Source of the DNA: Mantamonas sphyraenae STR306 | Lineage: Eukaryota > Protista > CRuMs | DNA: 64,000 nucleotides | NCBI GenBank assembly: GCA_026936335.1 | Contig: JAPMXV010000029.1 | Coordinates: 310,001-374,000, forward strand | Direction of reading: 5' to 3' | Part shown: positions 59,105 to 64,000 of the stretch, piece by piece | Layout: every line of letters begins with the position of its first letter | Position numbering within the stretch: the stretch's first letter is position 1 | The notes under the pieces: model-generated | What the model was told of the DNA's origin: nothing | Seen by the model: the letters and a program-made list of their open reading frames with translations, nothing else | Databases searched by the model: none | Program-made: the position numbers and the translations under genes

Positions 59105-59893
59105 CTATTCCTGCTTCTCCTGCTTCACAGATTGGCCCTGCCCGTTCTTGGAGAGGGACAACTCGCGAGGAAGCTTGACCAGCAGCAAGCCAAACCAAAC
59201 CACAAACATGACAAAAAAGAAAACGGACGAGATGGCACACTGGAGGGGAAGTGCAAACAGACTGTCTTGCACAGGGATGCCCTTCACCTGCGCGTACCGG
59301 TAGAGGATGTACGGGAAAATCGAGACGCGGCACACAAAGTACGCCACAATCAAAGCCACGTAGTTGAGTCGGTAGGCCAAGGTGTCACGCATGCGAGACA
59401 TGAACCAGCGGAGGTTAAGGAATACAGTGCTGGTCTCGGTGAGCATGAGGCAGGCACAAAAGAAGCCAGCAATCTGCACGTACCCAGCAGCAACAGAAGC
59501 TGCCAGGACGACGGCGTGGTGCACAAAGATGGAGAAGCCATACGGAAGCTTCTCCTCCTTTGCCGCAGTGGCGGCATCGACGACTCGGTAGGTGGCAAAC
59601 GAGTCGTAGAGCATGTACCCGGCGGTGATTCCGCAGCCCGTGCTTGCCAGCGTGTTCCATCCGTGCACAAGATCGGTCGAGATGAGTGGATCGTTGAACT
59701 GGACCACAGCAACCACAGAGCAAAACGCGGCGTGCACAGTGGACACAAACCGCACAGCTGTGTCCAGCTGAAGCGAATAGGGCGACGCGAGGTACCACGG
59801 CGTCTCGTTCAGCACCAGAACACACAGCATGTTCAGCGCCAGACATGAGAAGAAGCCCACAAACATCCAGGGCAAAAACAATGGCCACACCAT
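59105..59893 (-). CDS. TLC (TRAM/LAG1/CLN8) domain membrane protein, TLCD/TMEM56-like
   Basis: VSTVHA, GYMLYD, FVHH, TETSTVFLNLRWF and FVCR motifs; multiple TM segments. Confidence 0.85.
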   Translation of the reverse strand: MVWPLFLPWMFVGFFSCLALNMLCVLVLNETPWYLASPYSLQLDTAVRFVSTVHAAFCSVVAVVQFNDPLISTDLVHGWNTLASTGCGITAGYMLYDSFATYRVVDAATAAKEEKLPYGFSIFVHHAVVLAASVAAGYVQIAGFFCACLMLTETSTVFLNLRWFMSRMRDTLAYRLNYVALIVAYFVCRVSIFPYILYRYAQVKGIPVQDSLFALPLQCAISSVFFFVMFVVWFGLLLVKLPRELSLSKNGQGQSVKQEKQE

Positions 59894-59946
59894 GGTGTGA
59901 GAGGATGCAAAGAGCTGGCCGGACAAGCGCAGCTGCGCCAAACGCA

Positions 59947-62426
59947 ATGCTCGCCAGCACCACGGCGGTGCGCGAGTTCATCGTCACCGCTCTGGAGCAG
60001 GAGCAGGATGAAAAGATGGGGATGCGCGAGCTCCAGGCTCTTGTGCACGCCGTTTTCCACCGGGATGTGGAGGTTCGCGGCATCGTCTTGGCCGACACAG
60101 AAATGTTTGCCGTGGTGGAAGACGATGTGGAAGACGACGACAATGGCAAGGAAGAGGGCTCAGGAGTGAAAATGGAGGTGGTGAGCTATTGCACAACCAC
60201 ACTGAGTACGCACACGTGCAAGTCAGCCAATGGCGACTGAGCGCCAAGAACGTTGCGTCCGAGGTGACCAGTCGAGAGGCTCTGCTTGAACACGTGGCAA
60301 CGGTGGTGCATGACTACATGCAGAGAGACCCATTGAGCAAAGGCATGCCTCTGGATAGTTTGGCAGAGTGTGTGTCGACACGCTCCGTGTTTGTCGCCAA
60401 CAACCCCGAGCTCGGCGGCATCCTCATGGACAGCGCTAACCTGCCCAAACACATCGACGTGCAAGAGGAAGTTCGCACATTTGTCGAAAGTTCCGGCAGG
60501 TTTGTGGTCCTGAACGGGTGGAGAGGACGAGACGCAGAGCCGGTGGTCTTGGTTGCATTGCAAGAGACAGACAAACGCAGCGACGCCATGGCCATGCAGG
60601 ACATGATCAATGAGACGTCTTTTGTGCAACGAGCGGCTCGTCGCATTGCCGACGAGCCACAGGACCAGAGATTTGTCAGCGACAACAGCCTGGTGTTTGC
60701 AGAGTACGCAAAGACCTTGATGGTGTCCAACGGCGGATGGATGACACTCCAAGCGCTGAAACGAAAGCTACAGGACCCTCCGTCGTGCACCAGTGCGGGA
60801 AGACAGCCCCTGCAGCAGTTCTTTATGAATCACGACGACTTTGAGGTTGTGTTTGAACATGGCCTGCACGAGGGCGAGGTTTACGACGACAGCAGCACCG
60901 TGGTGCGAGCGCGTGCTTGGATGGTTCCAGACAAGGCCAGCGACGAAGCAACTGTGAAGCAGGTGGCTGAGCAAAGACGCGCCGAAGTGCTGACCAAGCT
61001 TGCCGATGCACGTGTGGGTGAGGCCCACGGGTCATCCAACTCAAACACTCTCAAGGAAGAGGTGCTCAGGTCACTTTTAATGAGCCACGGAGGTTCAGCT
61101 TCGCTGGAGATGTGTCAGGAGGAGGTGGAGGCGAGTGGGTACAGAGATGCCTTTGTGGAGGAGAACCTGGTCGAGTTTGTCCGCAAACGACCAAACGCAT
61201 TCGTCCTTTGTGCCCCCAGCATTGACAGTGACGATGTACAGCAAGCAGGAAGCGGCCTGTGGAGCAGCCTGTCACCCTTTCCGTCTGCCAGTGGGATCTG
61301 GATCATGACGGCCGAGCACGCAGTGCTGCGACTGGATCCGTCACCGCGCAAGCGTGGTAACACGCGTGTACAGAGCAGCGTGGAGACGAGCGTCCTTGTG
61401 CAGACGGTGGTGACCGTCATCCAAGCCTACACGGCGGAACTCGCGCGCAAGGAGAAACGCAACGCACGACTGCACCACCGCGCACTCAAACAGCAAGTGC
61501 TCCGCCAGGCCAACGACGACATATACCAAGAAGAGGCCAGGCGAAGGACTGAGGCGCAGGTGAAGCAAACGCTGCGGGAGATGCACGCGATGAAGGTGCG
61601 CCAGGAACATCCGCTGACGCTGGACCATCTGGAAGAGCGTCTGCAGACACACTACGACGGATGTATGGAACACTACCTGGGAGATCTGGAAGCATTCCTA
61701 CGCAGGCATGAAGATGTGTTTTGGATTCGCAAGGTGGCGAGGAAGCAAACTCAGCTGCAGGTCCGCGACGGGATCCTCCTGGACGTGGACTGGGACGATT
61801 TTGAGGAAGATGACAACGACAAAGGCGACAATGACGTCTTTGGAGACAATGAGGATGATGGCAGTGAGGACGAGGGACAGCCACGTGGTCGATGGCTGAT
61901 GGTGGTGGGACTGCAAGAGGACAACCAACCACGCAGCGAACGCGGCGACGAGGTGCTTGTGCAAAGCGTGTTGCAATTTTGCGAAACGGTGCTACAAAAC
62001 ACTCCGCGTGGTGTGATGGAGCTCAGAACGTTGCAGGAGCAGGTTATGCAATCGTTCCCAGACACTCTGCGCTCATTTGCTTCGCTGCGCCATTTTCTGG
62101 CGGTGCACGCTGGCAACGACATCAAGTTTCAATCTAGTGGAAGCTCGAATGACCCTGAAGACTGTGTGGTGATGCTTACACGTCACGAGGGTCAGCTGAT
62201 GTACGTGGAGCCTGTTCGGACCGCCAAGGATGTTGCGTTTGTGGTCGAATGGCTGAAGACCACCCTTAGCATGCAGCTACACGGGTGCATGGAGAAGAAG
62301 CAACTGCAAGCGTTGCTGGATGAGCAGGAGTTTGGCGACATTGGCAGATCGCTCGACTGGATGTTGGCGGAGGTCGGCGCGGTGACGATGGCAACGGAAC
62401 GGGGCACATTTGTGTTTGAAAAATAG
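59947..62426 (+). CDS. Uncharacterised protein with repeated winged-helix-like (LOTUS/Egalitarian-type) modules
   Basis: Recurring G...L..L....//.L..F...(H/R)P..F pattern. The 5' ORF (59947) and the main ORF join by either a 68-nt intron (60181-60248) or a 1-nt frameshift at ~60182. Confidence 0.55.
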
Positions 62427-62450
62427 AGACATTGTGGAGTAGTTACCCAC

Positions 62451-63137
62451 ATGGACGGCTTCGTGGTTGTAAACAAGCCTTCAGGCGTGTTGTCGACACA
62501 CGTGGTGCGCAAGATCAAGCAGCTGACTCCGCGCAAGACAAAAGTGGGTCACGGAGGAACTCTGGACCCTCTTGCTTGTGGTGTACTGGTGCTGGGCATT
62601 GGCGACGGATGCAAACGGCTGACGGAGCTCCTGTCCGGACCCAAATCGTACGTGGCACACGGGCAACTGGGGCTCGCCACGGACACGCAAGACTGTACGG
62701 GAGCTGTGGTCCGCAGGGCAGACTACGGCCACGTTACGCGAGAGGATATCGAAAGGGTACTTCGTATGCAGTTTACAGGACACATTCGACAGCGTACGCC
62801 TCTGTACAGCGCTGTCAAGGTGCGCGGGATGCGCCTTTACGACTACGCACGCAAGGGCATCCCCATAGCAGAAGAGGACCTTCCCATGCGTGACATTCAT
62901 GTTCCACACATCCAGTGCACAGACTACACCGCTCCCCATGTGGCTGTGGAGCTTGAGTGCAGCGGGGGCACGTACGTTCGAACTATCCTGCACGATCTCG
63001 GCCTAGCCCTCGGCACGGTCGCCAATATGACCTATCTGCAGCGTACGCGCCATGGTGTGTTCTCTTTAGCCCAGAGTATTGATTTTGAGCATCTGGATTC
63101 CGTGGAGTCACTCAGGAAACACCTGCGGAGCGATTGA
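62451..63137 (+). CDS. TRUB1: tRNA pseudouridine-55 synthase TruB family
   Basis: NKPSG, KVGHGGTLDPLACGVL (catalytic Asp), KSY, YSAVKVRGMRLYDYAR and CSGGTYVR motifs. Confidence 0.92.
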   Translation: MDGFVVVNKPSGVLSTHVVRKIKQLTPRKTKVGHGGTLDPLACGVLVLGIGDGCKRLTELLSGPKSYVAHGQLGLATDTQDCTGAVVRRADYGHVTREDIERVLRMQFTGHIRQRTPLYSAVKVRGMRLYDYARKGIPIAEEDLPMRDIHVPHIQCTDYTAPHVAVELECSGGTYVRTILHDLGLALGTVANMTYLQRTRHGVFSLAQSIDFEHLDSVESLRKHLRSD

Positions 63138-63970
63138 ACTTCATTTCTTTCGTGAGACCGACTCGTCGATAGACTGCTCTTGCTCTTGCTCTTGCTCTTG
63201 CTCTTGCTTGCTCCTTTGGTCTTTCGCGAAGATTCTTTGCGCAGAGACGAGGGCTTGGTGGACAGCGACTCTTGCTGCTGGCGTGCCATTGCCCGCTGCC
63301 GGCGTTCCAGCTGGCGCTGTTTGTGCCACACACGGTACCGACGACGATAGATGTGAGATCGAAACGCACGTGCGATGGTTTTCTGTGCATGCGTGAAGCG
63401 CTGGAGCTTGAAGTTCACCATGAGTTCGTTGTGGAACAGGCGGCGGTACTTGAACGCGCAAATGTTGGTCACTGCGTTGAGCAGACACGCATCGTGGCAA
63501 AAGAAGCCACAGCCTCGGCAACGCCTGTTGACTTGCTTGTGAATCAGTGTGTGGCTGAGTCCCAGCTCATCCACATTCACCTTCAGCCGCGTGCCACACT
63601 CAGCACACATCTGATCCTCCTCAACGGCATCTTCGTACACCTCAAAGTCGTGCGCCACCTCACTCATACCCAGCAGCCCCTCCACGTTCATGCTCGTTTC
63701 GCCACGCTCGTGGTTGGCGTCCACGAGAATCAGAGGCTCGCCGTCGTCAAACGTAAACTCGTTCAGCTTTGCATCGTTGTCCAACCACGTGCCCAGACGG
63801 GGTCGGAACAGCTTCCAGTCCTCGCCCTCTGCCTTGAAATCCAAAATGAACTCGGTGAACGCAGGGAGCGGTGTCTCCATGACTGCGTCCATGACTCCAA
63901 AGCCTCCAGGACCGCCCTCGGACAGCTTCTTCAGGTCATTCATGCCCGGTGCATTCTCAACATAATCCAT
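63032..63970 (-). CDS. C1 (Cys/His zinc-finger) + IQ motif protein; probably the 3' part of a gene extending past the window
   Basis: HDF..CAEC...CRGC.FFCHDAC........C fits C1 spacing. TIARAFRSHIYRRRY is IQ-like. Lys/Ser-rich tail; the 3' end is uncertain because it overlaps TruB. Confidence 0.65.
   Translation of the reverse strand: MDYVENAPGMNDLKKLSEGGPGGFGVMDAVMETPLPAFTEFILDFKAEGEDWKLFRPRLGTWLDNDAKLNEFTFDDGEPLILVDANHERGETSMNVEGLLGMSEVAHDFEVYEDAVEEDQMCAECGTRLKVNVDELGLSHTLIHKQVNRRCRGCGFFCHDACLLNAVTNICAFKYRRLFHNELMVNFKLQRFTHAQKTIARAFRSHIYRRRYRVWHKQRQLERRQRAMARQQQESLSTKPSSLRKESSRKTKGASKSKSKSKSKSSLSTSRSHERNEVQSLRRCFLSDSTESRCSKSILWAKENTPWRVRCR
63175..63207. repeat. (TGCTCT)n hexamer repeat encoding a KS tract
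   Basis: Directly visible. Confidence 0.85.
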
Positions 63971-64000
63971 TCTGCTTGCGTGTCGCAGGGCGTGTTGATC

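Noticed and set aside
36455-60250. Programmed ribosomal frameshifting as a shared explanation for the -1 shifts (36473, 58095, 60182)
   Set aside because: No common slippery heptamer or downstream structure. Each is fixed by adding one base in a short G/C run or repeat, which is typical of long-read consensus errors; 60182 can also be explained by an intron.
18159-63140. TGAA at or near several stop codons as a poly(A) signal
   Set aside because: TGA is the dominant stop here, so TGAA is expected often by chance; unsupported without 3'-end data.
1-64000. CRISPR arrays, tRNA/rRNA genes, transposons, prokaryotic operons or defence systems
   Set aside because: None seen. Repeats are simple microsatellites (poly-Ser codons, intronic GT/CA runs at ~29872-29892 and ~51115-51135), and the sequence is clearly intron-containing eukaryotic DNA.

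Overview
Gene-dense, GC-rich eukaryotic nuclear DNA, not prokaryotic. It has short GT-AG spliceosomal introns (mostly about 50-310 nt, usually with CTGAC/CTCAC/CTAAC-type branch points) and very short intergenic spacers, and genes mostly alternate in orientation. The gene content (mitochondrial OSCP, Tim10, KGD4-like; CYP51; an IFTAP-like ciliary protein) suggests an aerobic, sterol-making, probably flagellated protist; the lineage cannot be assigned from this window. About 28 protein-coding genes were rebuilt by hand-splicing. They include ILVBL/HACL2, an F-box/LRR protein, an epoxide hydrolase, a PiT transporter, WDR91, an Rnl2-family RNA ligase, DUF4336, Tim10, OSCP, Hobbit/FMP27, Nup155, Sec6, a JmjC protein, CYP51, TSR1 and TruB. 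The most notable items are: (1) a ~4,800-aa BTB-Clu-TPR-ARM-LamG-SPRY-UBA-like mega-protein; (2) a three-member family of unrecognised Cys-rich type I membrane proteins, two of them head-to-head with an apparent 1-nt intron shift; (3) a C/D-box snoRNA candidate in the Nup155 intron; (4) a signal-peptide + JmjC + KDEL oxygenase; (5) an intron-containing Rnl2 ligase next to a bacterial-type DUF4336 gene; (6) several apparent single-base frameshifts that are probably assembly errors. All identifications come from motif recognition by eye; no searches were run.
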